From positions 107,312 through 171,311 of the forward strand of contig CAVYML010000004.1 of NCBI GenBank assembly GCA_963769605.1: a stretch of DNA of 64,000 nucleotides, read 5' to 3'. A model generated the notes under the pieces. That model saw only the letters and a list, made by a program, of their open reading frames with translations, did no database searches and was not told the origin of the DNA. The position numbers and the translations under genes were made by a program. The number at the start of each line of letters is the position of its first letter. Positions within the stretch are counted from its first letter, which is position 1. The stretch comes from Ignavibacteriota bacterium (GTDB taxonomy: Bacteria > Bacteroidota > Ignavibacteria > UBA10030). This document shows positions 19,605 to 27,872 of this stretch, piece by piece.

Positions 19605-20752
19605 TCGAACGAAAAAATAAGGCCGAGCGGACCGATGCAGACGTTATACAGAAGATATAAAATCTCCATCCAGACGAATTTTGGAATCATGCCGTCGACT
19701 TCAAATTTCCCGGAACATAGTCCGATCAACATGGCGTCTGAAGCGAATTTCAGGCCGAAACAAATGATAAAAAAAACGGCATGTTCCGGAACAAGAAATA
19801 CCGCCGGCAAAGCGCACAGTAATGCAAGGTTGGAAAAATGATATGCCGCAAAAAATAGTTTCATAGGAATCGTGAAAAATTGCGCTGCGGAGAAGTGACG
19901 TTTGCGCTGTTCCACGAATTGCCGGAAACTCTGCGGAGGAAGAGTGGGAACATGGGATTCGCGGTTCACGAGGTATTGAATTTTCCATTGCGTTGTACGG
20001 CGAACATGCTGGAGAAACAGATCGTCATCGCCGCTTATCGAGCGCTTAATCGATTCAAAACCTCCGGCTTCTTTGTAAACGGAAGCGCGATAAGCCAGAT
20101 TACGCCCTGTGCAGAGCCAGCCGAGTTTCCAGCCGATGGAACCGCCCGCCCATATCCCTGCGCGGAATTCTTCGTAAGCGATAAATGAATAAAAGAGACG
20201 ATTCCATCCGCTGGAGCCGCAAGGAATTTCATACGGAGAGAAGCCTGCTGTAAGGCCTATTTCCGGCTCAAATGATAAAACGATATTACGTAGCCATCTG
20301 GGCGGTGGAAAGCTGTCTGCATCGGTGAAACAAAGAATTTCCCCTTTTGCTTCCCGGATACCGGAAGCCAATGCGTTTTTTTTTGCCGGCATATCGGAAG
20401 GAACTTCGGTTATCGTAAGAATCCTGAGTTTTGGCCATCTGCCGGCAAAAGCATTAGCTTTTTCAAGCGTCCGGTCTGTCGATCGGTCGTTGACAAGAAT
20501 AATTTCGAAATTATTGTAATCCTGCACCAATAAACAATTCAGAAGCCGGTCGATATTTTTTTCTTCATTGCGTGCTGCCACAATAACGGACACAAAGGGT
20601 TTATCCTTGGACAGATGCAGAGGCAGGCGGAAGACACCGAGCATCAAAGCGCAATGAACGCCAGCATAAAAAATACCGGAGAGAAGCAGAATAAATGTGA
20701 ATGCTGTGACCATTATATGCTCAAAGATGTCAAATAATCGATCGGAATGCAA
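19586..20752 (-). CDS. Family 2 glycosyltransferase, integral-membrane type (paralog 3, degenerate QxxRW = QRKRH)
   Basis: VSVIVAARNEE, NDRSTDRT, FTDADS and C-terminal TM helices. First gene of the minus-strand operon. Confidence 0.78.
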   Translation of the reverse strand: MHSDRLFDIFEHIMVTAFTFILLLSGIFYAGVHCALMLGVFRLPLHLSKDKPFVSVIVAARNEEKNIDRLLNCLLVQDYNNFEIILVNDRSTDRTLEKANAFAGRWPKLRILTITEVPSDMPAKKNALASGIREAKGEILCFTDADSFPPPRWLRNIVLSFEPEIGLTAGFSPYEIPCGSSGWNRLFYSFIAYEEFRAGIWAGGSIGWKLGWLCTGRNLAYRASVYKEAGGFESIKRSISGDDDLFLQHVRRTTQWKIQYLVNRESHVPTLPPQSFRQFVEQRKRHFSAAQFFTIPMKLFFAAYHFSNLALLCALPAVFLVPEHAVFFIICFGLKFASDAMLIGLCSGKFEVDGMIPKFVWMEILYLLYNVCIGPLGLIFSFEWKASK

Positions 20753-20763
20753 TCTCTTTTAAA

Positions 20764-20910
20764 TTGTAAACTGTGAATTGTGAACAGTAAACTGATGAAC
20801 TAAATAACCTAATAACTGACGAACTAAACAACGTTGCACCTCCGCACGGTAGCACCGCTGAATAGCAACACCTTTTTTGCAGTTCACAGTTCGCAGTTTT
20901 CAGTTTGCAG
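20764..20910. repeat. Inverted heptamer arrays (TGTAAAC/TGTGAAC arm and CAGTTCA/CAGTTCG arm) around a GC-rich core
   Basis: Left arm 20764-20832. Core gttgcacctccgcacggtagcaccgctgaatagcaacacc. Right arm 20879-20910. Located in the divergent promoter region between the GT2 operon and the M16 peptidase. Confidence 0.8.
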
Positions 20911-21005
20911 CTTTATCGCTCATTGCTTCTCTTCCAAAAATCCGGTATCTTTCCAATAAGTGGTGAAAATCATTGCCAAAAACGCAGTATTTATCCTGAG
21001 GACTC

Positions 21006-22313
21006 TTGAAAAGATTAAAAAGCCATACGCTTTCGAAGCTGTTTATTCCCGAAACCGATAAAGCCGTTTCGAGTTCATATAAGAAGACTGTCATGCCCAA
21101 CGGTGTGAGGATTGTTTCTGAATATTTGCCGCATGTCCGTTCCGTCTCTCTTGGCATCTGGGTGGATATCGGATCGCGCTATGAAACTTCCCTTGACAAT
21201 GGAATCACGCATTTTATCGAACACATGGTTTTCAAAGGAACCAGGAGGCGGAGCACGCTGGCAATTGCCCAGAGCTTAGAGATGGTAGGAGGCTACCTGA
21301 ATGCTTTTACGGGCAAGGAACATACATGTTTTTATGCAAGGGTTCTCGATGAGCATGTGGAACTTGCTATGGATGTCCTGTCGGATATGATCGTCAATCC
21401 GACATTTCCTTCCAAAGAAATCATCAAAGAAAAGAACGTTGTTATCGAAGAATTGCACGAGACGGAAGACGATCCGGACGATGTCATACACGATTATTTC
21501 GAAAAGGTTTTATTCGGCACGCATCCTTTAGCTCTGCCGATAATCGGGACGGAAAAGAGCATCCGCGCTTTTACTCGAAAACAGTTGTCAATCTTTCGCC
21601 GGACCCATTATGCGGCAGATAGGTTAGTCGTGGCGGCGGCAGGGAATGTCACACACGAAGAAGTTGTCCGGCTAAGTCATCGCTATCTGGGCGATTTAAA
21701 GCCTTCCGGGAGGATGGAACAGACGCCGGCTGCTGCCATTCCGTCTCCATCGCACGGGCGATTTGAATATAAAAGACATATTACACAATCGCATATTTGC
21801 ATGGGTACAGTCGGATTCGATATACGGCACAAAAAGCGGTTTCCGCTGCAGGTCCTGAGCACGCTCATGGGCGATGGAATGAGTTCGCGCCTTTTCCAGA
21901 ATATCCGGGAAAAGTACGGCTTTGCGTATGCGGTGTACAGCTTCAACAATCATCTTTCGGATACCGGTTCCTTCGGCGCCTATATCGGTACCGACGATCA
22001 GCATGTCGACCGCTGCATCGACCTGCTCTGGAAGGAATTCAAAAATTTACAATCGGTTTCCATTAAGAAAAAAGAAATAGATCGTGCAAAATCGCAGCTC
22101 AAAGGAAGTTTAATGCTCGGCCTGGAAAGCACATCCAACCGCATGATCAGGCTGGGAAGCTCGGAATTGTACTTCGGGGAATTGACATCCCAGGACGCAA
22201 TTCTTAAAATGATTGACGATGTCACAATAGATCAAGTGGAAGAAGTTGCACAAGAATTGTTTCACGATTCGAGATTTATTACGATTATTTTTAGACCGGA
22301 AGAGAAGAAGTAA
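21006..22313 (+). CDS. M16-family zinc peptidase (pitrilysin/insulinase-like)
   Basis: Inverted zinc motif HFIEHMVFKG with a downstream E. About 430 aa with two M16 halves. The start could be TTG 21006 or ATG 21090. Confidence 0.85.
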   Translation: MKRLKSHTLSKLFIPETDKAVSSSYKKTVMPNGVRIVSEYLPHVRSVSLGIWVDIGSRYETSLDNGITHFIEHMVFKGTRRRSTLAIAQSLEMVGGYLNAFTGKEHTCFYARVLDEHVELAMDVLSDMIVNPTFPSKEIIKEKNVVIEELHETEDDPDDVIHDYFEKVLFGTHPLALPIIGTEKSIRAFTRKQLSIFRRTHYAADRLVVAAAGNVTHEEVVRLSHRYLGDLKPSGRMEQTPAAAIPSPSHGRFEYKRHITQSHICMGTVGFDIRHKKRFPLQVLSTLMGDGMSSRLFQNIREKYGFAYAVYSFNNHLSDTGSFGAYIGTDDQHVDRCIDLLWKEFKNLQSVSIKKKEIDRAKSQLKGSLMLGLESTSNRMIRLGSSELYFGELTSQDAILKMIDDVTIDQVEEVAQELFHDSRFITIIFRPEEKK

Positions 22314-22328
22314 CTGTGGAAAAGAAAT

Positions 22329-22365
22329 CGCGAATCGCAGATTGTCAATTGTAAACTGCTGATAT
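22329..22365. repeat. Short degenerate heptamer array (cgcgaat cgcagat tgtcaat tgtaaac tgctgat)
   Basis: Read directly. Confidence 0.6.
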
Positions 22366-22398
22366 AGATTTTTTTAAATTCATTCACAAGGAAATACC

Positions 22399-23622
22399 AT
22401 GAGTGATTCATCGATAAAAACAAATAAAGTCTCCATTTCAAAACGCGCAAGAGAAATACAGGGTTCGCCTATACGCAAACTTGCTTTTAGCGCCGAAGCA
22501 AGAAAAAAAGAAGGTATAAAAGTTTTCCATTTGAATATCGGTCAGCCCGATTTGCCGTCGCCGATTGCAGTACGGGATTTTATGCATTCATTTTCGGAAA
22601 AAACCATCGAATACGCACCGTCGAACGGGCTGCCGCAGGTTTTGAATGCATGGAAAAATTACTTTTTCCATTGCGGCATACATTATCACGAAAATGAAAT
22701 GGTCGTTACAACCGGAGGTTCGGAGGCGCTGATCTTTGCACTTTGCGCTGTCTGTGATCCGGGAGATAATGTCATCGTCTTCGAGCCTTTCTATACGAAT
22801 TATGCGGGATTTGCTTCGATCGCCAATGCAAATTTGACGCCGATTCCGTTGCGCATACAGGACAGTTTTCAATTGCCTTCGAAAGAGGAAATAGAAAAAC
22901 ATATCACGCCGAGAACAAAGGCAATTCTGTTTTGCAATCCTTCCAACCCCACCGGAAAAGTGTACCGCAAAGAAGAACTGCGTGAACTGGTAGATCTGGC
23001 GCTTGAATATAATCTTTTCCTTATATCCGATGAAGTATACAGGGAATTTGCCTACGAAAAAAAACCTATCAGCATCGCGAATATTCCGGAAGTTTTCGAA
23101 CAGGCTATTTTGGTCGATAGCTGTTCAAAACGGTTCAATATGTGCGGAGCAAGAGTGGGTGTTCTGGCGACGAAGAACAGGGAAGTTCTCGATGCGGTTT
23201 TAAAATTCGGAATGGCAAGATTATCGGTGGCAACGATGGAACAACTTTCTATGGTTCCGATGTTAAATAATCCGAATACCTTCGTCAAGCCGATGGTGGA
23301 AGAATTCCGCAGGCGGCGCGATGCAGTATATGAGAGTTTGACGAAAATTCCGGATGTGACATATTACAAACCGGAAGGAGCATTTTATATTGTCGTCGGA
23401 CTGCCGGTGAACGATGCGGAGCACTTTGCAAAATGGATGATAGAAGAATTCGACGATAAGAACGAGACCGTTTTAGTAGCTCCGGCACAAGGATTTTATG
23501 CAACGCCGGGAAAAGGAAAAAACGAGGTTCGTTTGGCCTTTATGCTGAACGTCCCGGATTTGCAGCGTTCGCTCGAGATTATAGAAAAAGCCCTCAATGT
23601 CTATAGAGGACAGTTTATTTAA
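22399..23622 (+). CDS. Class I/II PLP-dependent aminotransferase (aspartate/aromatic type)
   Basis: 407 aa with NPSNPTG, then SCSKRFNMCGARVG (PLP lysine context). Confidence 0.82.
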   Translation: MSDSSIKTNKVSISKRAREIQGSPIRKLAFSAEARKKEGIKVFHLNIGQPDLPSPIAVRDFMHSFSEKTIEYAPSNGLPQVLNAWKNYFFHCGIHYHENEMVVTTGGSEALIFALCAVCDPGDNVIVFEPFYTNYAGFASIANANLTPIPLRIQDSFQLPSKEEIEKHITPRTKAILFCNPSNPTGKVYRKEELRELVDLALEYNLFLISDEVYREFAYEKKPISIANIPEVFEQAILVDSCSKRFNMCGARVGVLATKNREVLDAVLKFGMARLSVATMEQLSMVPMLNNPNTFVKPMVEEFRRRRDAVYESLTKIPDVTYYKPEGAFYIVVGLPVNDAEHFAKWMIEEFDDKNETVLVAPAQGFYATPGKGKNEVRLAFMLNVPDLQRSLEIIEKALNVYRGQFI

Positions 23623-23631
23623 GAGCAGTAA

Positions 23632-23702
23632 ATAGTTCTTAGTTCGTTGTTCTTAGTTCGTAGCTAAAAAGAACTACGCACCAAGCACTAAGCACTACGA
23701 AC
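23632..23702. repeat. Inverted heptamer arms forming a hairpin (tagttct tagttcg ... / gaactac gcaccaa gcactaa gcactac)
   Basis: Read directly. Loop ctaaaaa. Lies between the aminotransferase stop and the nuoG start. Confidence 0.8.
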
Positions 23703-23719
23703 ATCTTCATAGTTTTGAT

Positions 23720-25375
23720 ATGATTAAAATCAACATAGACGGCAAAGAATTCCAGGTAGACCCGAAAAGCACCATTATCGAAGCGGCTGCTCTGAATGGA
23801 ATAGAGATTCCGCATTTTTGCTGGCATCCGAAACTTACCGTTTCCGGAAACTGCCGGATGTGCCTTGTCGAAGTAGAAAAAATGCCGAAGCTTGTTATCG
23901 CATGCGCCACACAGGTTGCCGAAGGGATGGCCGTAAAAACACGGAGCGAAAAAGTTATCAAGGCGCGGAATGCCGTTATGGAATTCCTGCTCATCAACCA
24001 TCCTCTCGATTGCCCGATTTGCGATGAAGCAGGGGAATGCAAACTTCAGGATTACGCGTATAAGTACAGCTCAGGAATCAGCAGGTTCCGGGAAGATAAG
24101 GTTCACAAGCCCAAACGGATCGAACTGGGTCCGAATGTTTTACTGGACGATGAACGCTGCATTATGTGTTCGCGCTGCATTCGTTTTTCTGAAGAAATTG
24201 CCGGTCAAAAAGTTCTGACCTTTACCGAACGGGGCACACATGTCGTTCTCAGGACATTCCCCGGAACGCAATTGGATAATCCATACTCGATGAATGTTAT
24301 AGAGATCTGTCCCGTAGGCGCGCTTACAAGCAAAAATTTTCGTTTCAAATCGCGCGTGTGGGAAATGTCCTCGACGGAAAGCATTTGCACAGTCTGTGCC
24401 CGCGGCTGCAACGCAAATGTATGGGTCAGGAATAATGAAGTACTCCGATTGACACCGCGCGTGAATGCAGAAGTAAACGATATGTGGATGTGCGACGAGG
24501 GGCGGCTGAAATCCGTGGAACAGACCAAAGGGGGGAGGGTCTTGAATGGATGTCTTCAAAGAAAAGAAGGTATGCAGGCGGAAGTCGACTGGGACGAAGA
24601 ACTTGCGAGGCTTATTTCCGATCTCAGGACTTATAAGAAAAATGAAATCGCCGGCATTGCTTCTCCTTACGCTTCCAACGAAGATAACTATGTTTTTCTC
24701 AGGCTCATGCGCGATATTATAGGAACGAAGAATTTATTTTTTCTTTCCCATGCCGGCAGCGGAAAAGACGACAATTTGTTAATTCGCGCAGATAGGACAC
24801 CGAACCGGAACGGCGCGCTTCTTCTGGGGCTGCAATCGGGAGATGAAAATGAAAATCGGGAAAAGTTGATTGCAAATATCGTTAAACGGTCGATTAAAGT
24901 TCTTTATGTAATGGAAGATAATATTGCACTCGACCCGAAATTGCTTAAGGTACTGCCGAATCTGGAACTGCTTATCGTTCATGCTGCGGAACGCAGCCAA
25001 ACGACGGCTCTGGCCGATCATGTAATTTCCGTCTCGAATGCAATGGAAAAACATGGAACGATGATAAATTTCCAGAAGAGAATTCAACGTTTGCGGCCTG
25101 CTCTCGTGACGGTAGAACAGGAACGTGCGCAGGAAAATTTATCCATGAGCCGGTGGGATGCATTTGCCGCGCCGAATGATAGATGGGGCAAAGGACCAAG
25201 ACGGGATGCACGTCCATCATGGCGTGTTCTTCAGGCAGTGGCAAACGGACTGGGCGGTAAAATGAAATTCACATCTGCAGAAGACGTTTTTAAAGAAATG
25301 GCAGAAAAAATTCCGGAGTTTAAAGGACTGAATTATTTGAAGATAGGAGCGAAAGGAGTAGCTTTAAAGCGGTGA
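23720..25375 (+). CDS. nuoG: NADH-quinone oxidoreductase subunit G-like (short form)
   Basis: N-terminal 2Fe-2S and 4Fe-4S cysteine clusters (CWHPKLTVSGNCRMCLVE, HPLDCPICDEAGECKLQD, CIMCSRCIRF, CPVGAL), then a molybdopterin-like domain. Confidence 0.85.
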   Translation: MIKINIDGKEFQVDPKSTIIEAAALNGIEIPHFCWHPKLTVSGNCRMCLVEVEKMPKLVIACATQVAEGMAVKTRSEKVIKARNAVMEFLLINHPLDCPICDEAGECKLQDYAYKYSSGISRFREDKVHKPKRIELGPNVLLDDERCIMCSRCIRFSEEIAGQKVLTFTERGTHVVLRTFPGTQLDNPYSMNVIEICPVGALTSKNFRFKSRVWEMSSTESICTVCARGCNANVWVRNNEVLRLTPRVNAEVNDMWMCDEGRLKSVEQTKGGRVLNGCLQRKEGMQAEVDWDEELARLISDLRTYKKNEIAGIASPYASNEDNYVFLRLMRDIIGTKNLFFLSHAGSGKDDNLLIRADRTPNRNGALLLGLQSGDENENREKLIANIVKRSIKVLYVMEDNIALDPKLLKVLPNLELLIVHAAERSQTTALADHVISVSNAMEKHGTMINFQKRIQRLRPALVTVEQERAQENLSMSRWDAFAAPNDRWGKGPRRDARPSWRVLQAVANGLGGKMKFTSAEDVFKEMAEKIPEFKGLNYLKIGAKGVALKR

Positions 25376-25512
25376 ACTGTGAACTGTGAACGTAAACAGC
25401 AAACTGTGAACTGTAGCCGCGACGGGTCGTCGCGGAAGAATTTTCAATTGACAATTGCCGATTGAAAATTCTTAACCATTTACTATTCACCATTTACTAT
25501 TTACCATTCACC
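25373..25512. repeat. Composite repeat block: TGAACTG heptamers, a REP hairpin (25413-25435), CAATTGA heptamers and CCATTTA/CTATTCA heptamers
   Basis: Read directly. gtagccgcgacgggtcgtcgcgg is a perfect-stem palindrome. The ORF-track N-terminus of nuoH (25462-25518) is just the translated heptamer array. Confidence 0.85.
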
Positions 25513-25518
25513 GCATAT

Positions 25519-26545
25519 ATGATTATCATACTTTTAAAAATCTTTTTTATCGTTTTTTTCGTTCTTGTTCTTGGCGCTGCTCTTACAGTCTGGGCGGAAC
25601 GGAGAGTGAGTGCGATTATTCAAAACCGCATAGGCCCGAACCGTGTTGGGCTTTTCGGTTTGTTTCAGCCGTTTGCAGATGTTGTAAAGTTAACGATGAA
25701 AGAAGATATCGTTCCCCGGAATGCATACCGCTTCATTCATGATCTAGCGCCGCTTATTTCAATTACTGTAGCGCTGAGCACTTTTGCCATTATTCCTTTC
25801 GGCAATACCATCCTCATTTTCGGGCAGACAATTACACTTAATCATTGCGGATGTGGATATCGGAATTCTGTATGTGCTGGCGCTGACATCCATCGGTGTG
25901 TACGGCATCAGTCTGGCAGGCTGGTCGTCCAGCAGCAAATATTCGCTCTTAGGCGGAGTAAGGTCTTCGGCACAGCTTATAAGTTATGAGCTTTCAATGG
26001 GATTATCCATCATTGGCGTTTTGATGATCTCCGGATCTCTCCGGCTTCAGGATATCGTTTTAAAACAAACTGAATACCTATGGATATTGCCCAAATGGAA
26101 CATCTTATTGCAGCCGCTCGGGTTTATTACATTCTTTGTTGCCGCATTCGCAGAAACGAACCGATTACCATTCGATCTGCCGGAAGCAGAACCGGAACTT
26201 GTCGGCGGTTATAATACGGAATATACCGGAATGAAATTCGGACTATTTTTCCTGGCGGAATATGCAAACGTCATAACGTCGAGTGCTATAATTGCAACAT
26301 TATTTTTGGGCGGATGGAGCGTTCCCTATATTGAATATCTCAATATTTCGCCCTTTGCAGTCAGCCTTCTTCAGATTGCTGCATTCTTTGCAAAAGTAAT
26401 TCTCCTTGTGCTGTTTTTTATTATCGTCCGCTGGACGATTCCGAGATTCAAATATAACCAGCTCATGCAATTGGGATGGAAAGTGATGCTTCCAGTTGCA
26501 ATTATAAATTTATTGCTGACAGCGATGGTGCTTTTGTTTATGTGA
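25519..26545 (+). pseudogene. nuoH: NADH-quinone oxidoreductase subunit H, +1 frame disruption near 25837-25843
   Basis: Frame 1 gives MIIILL...WAERRVSAIIQNRIGPNRVG...[19 protein letters not shown]. Frame 2 continues [50 protein letters not shown]. Dropping one a from cttaatc restores TLIIADVD. Confidence 0.88.
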
Positions 26546-26549
26546 GATA

Positions 26550-26645
26550 GAAGTTCGTAGTTCATAGTTCGTAGTGCGTGGTTCGTATTTTTGAATGCAA
26601 AGCTATGAACAAACTAAGAACCACGAACCACGAACGAAGAACTAA
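26550..26645. repeat. Inverted heptamer arms (gttcgta/gttcata... and gaaccac/gaacgaa...)
   Basis: Left arm 26550-26587, right arm 26603-26645. The ORF-track N-terminus of nuoI translates this repeat. Confidence 0.85.
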
Positions 26646-26676
26646 TCCCCGGAAAGAATCGATATCCTTGTTGATT

Positions 26677-27171
26677 ATGCATAATAGAATAATTAGAAAA
26701 ACAGATCTTACGTTTTTGCAGAAACTTTACATCCCGGAGATTCTCAAAGGATTAAGACTGACGATTGCGCAAATGTTCAGACCGAAATTTACGCAGCAAT
26801 TTCCGGAAGAGCGTTTTATCCCGTCTGCTTCTTTCCGCGGGCGTCCCGTACTCGTAACGGAAAACGGCGTGGAACGGTGTGTAGCGTGCGGGTTGTGTTC
26901 GAGAGTGTGTCCCTCGCTTGCCATTGAGGTTCAGGCTTCAGAAACGGAATCCATAAAAGAACGATATCCGATAAAATTTGAAATCAATATGCTGCGCTGT
27001 ATTTACTGCGGATTTTGCGAGGAAGTCTGCCCGGAAGAAGCCATAGTCATGAGCAACGAATATTTGCTGGCATTTTCAAGTCAGGAAGAAGCTGTTTTTG
27101 GGAAAGATAAACTGGTTAAATCGACTGCTGAACTCCGTGATCGATTGGAGTGGCTGAGAAAGAATCGTTGA
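26677..27171 (+). CDS. nuoI: NADH-quinone oxidoreductase subunit I (2x[4Fe-4S] ferredoxin)
   Basis: CVACGLCSRVCP and CIYCGFCEEVCP. The ATG at 26677 lies downstream of the repeat block. Confidence 0.85.
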   Translation: MHNRIIRKTDLTFLQKLYIPEILKGLRLTIAQMFRPKFTQQFPEERFIPSASFRGRPVLVTENGVERCVACGLCSRVCPSLAIEVQASETESIKERYPIKFEINMLRCIYCGFCEEVCPEEAIVMSNEYLLAFSSQEEAVFGKDKLVKSTAELRDRLEWLRKNR

Positions 27172-27269
27172 AGCAGTAAATGGTTAAGGATGAATAAGAG
27201 AATATTTTTTTGAGAACTTAAGAATATCAAGGGGATAAAGGGATGATAAACGAGAGACCGCACAAATAA

Positions 27270-27608
27270 TTGGAGGTATGGCAGAAAAGTATCGAATTCG
27301 TAAAATCGATATATGAACAAACGAGTAGACTACCAAGGGAAGAAGATTTCGGGCTAAGATCTCAAGTAAGAAGAGCTTCCGTTTCCATCCCATCAAATAT
27401 TGCAGAGGGATTGTTCAGATCATCGTATAAAGATAAAATCCACTTCTTAAACATAGCACAAGCCTCGATAAGTGAAGTAGACACTCAGATAGAGATATGC
27501 CGTACATTGGGTTATATCCCTGAAGAGAACTATATACAAATAGAGACAGACATGCTTCACCTGGCAAAATTACTATCTGGCTTAACACGAAAGCTGAAGG
27601 AATCATAG
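27270..27608 (+). CDS. Four-helix-bundle protein (23S rRNA intervening-sequence protein / Avd-like family)
   Basis: VWQKSIEFVKSIY...LRSQVRRASVSIPSNIAEG...ISEVDTQIEI is typical of this family. TTG start. Looks N-terminally short. Confidence 0.75.
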   Translation: MEVWQKSIEFVKSIYEQTSRLPREEDFGLRSQVRRASVSIPSNIAEGLFRSSYKDKIHFLNIAQASISEVDTQIEICRTLGYIPEENYIQIETDMLHLAKLLSGLTRKLKES

Positions 27609-27612
27609 GTTT

Positions 27613-27850
27613 CCATTCACCATTCACCATTCAATATTCACCATTTACCATTCACTATTCACCATTCACCATTCACCATTTACCATTCACCCTTTACCCT
27701 ATTAGGCTATTTGCAATTAAAAATAAAAGCATTACATTTCTCTCCACTACATTTGAGAGGGATAAAAAGCCTGAAAAATCTTTAAACCATTTACCATTTA
27801 CTATTCACCATTTACCATTGACTATTCACCATTTACCATTGACCATTCAC
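27613..27850. repeat. Largest heptamer block: CCATT[CT]A arrays 27613-27699 and 27786-27850 flanking about 85 nt of unique sequence
   Basis: ccattca ccattca ccattca atattca ccattta ccattca ctattca ... read directly. Immediately upstream of yifB. Confidence 0.9.
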
Positions 27851-27872
27851 ATCTTTTGGGGGAATAAAGAAC

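Noticed and set aside
25462-25518. ORF-track N-terminal extensions of nuoH (25462), nuoI (26578), punA (12390) and rpsO (5650)
   Set aside because: The extensions translate heptamer or REP repeats or lack an RBS. Internal ATGs give N-termini that match the protein families.
27270-27608. Four-helix-bundle (Avd-like) gene as part of a diversity-generating retroelement
   Set aside because: No reverse transcriptase, template/variable repeat pair or target gene is nearby. The family is also common as stand-alone repeat-associated genes.
27613-27850. Heptamer arrays as a CRISPR array
   Set aside because: The repeat unit is 7 nt with no spacers. There are no 25-40 nt direct repeats separated by unique spacers, and no cas genes are in the window.
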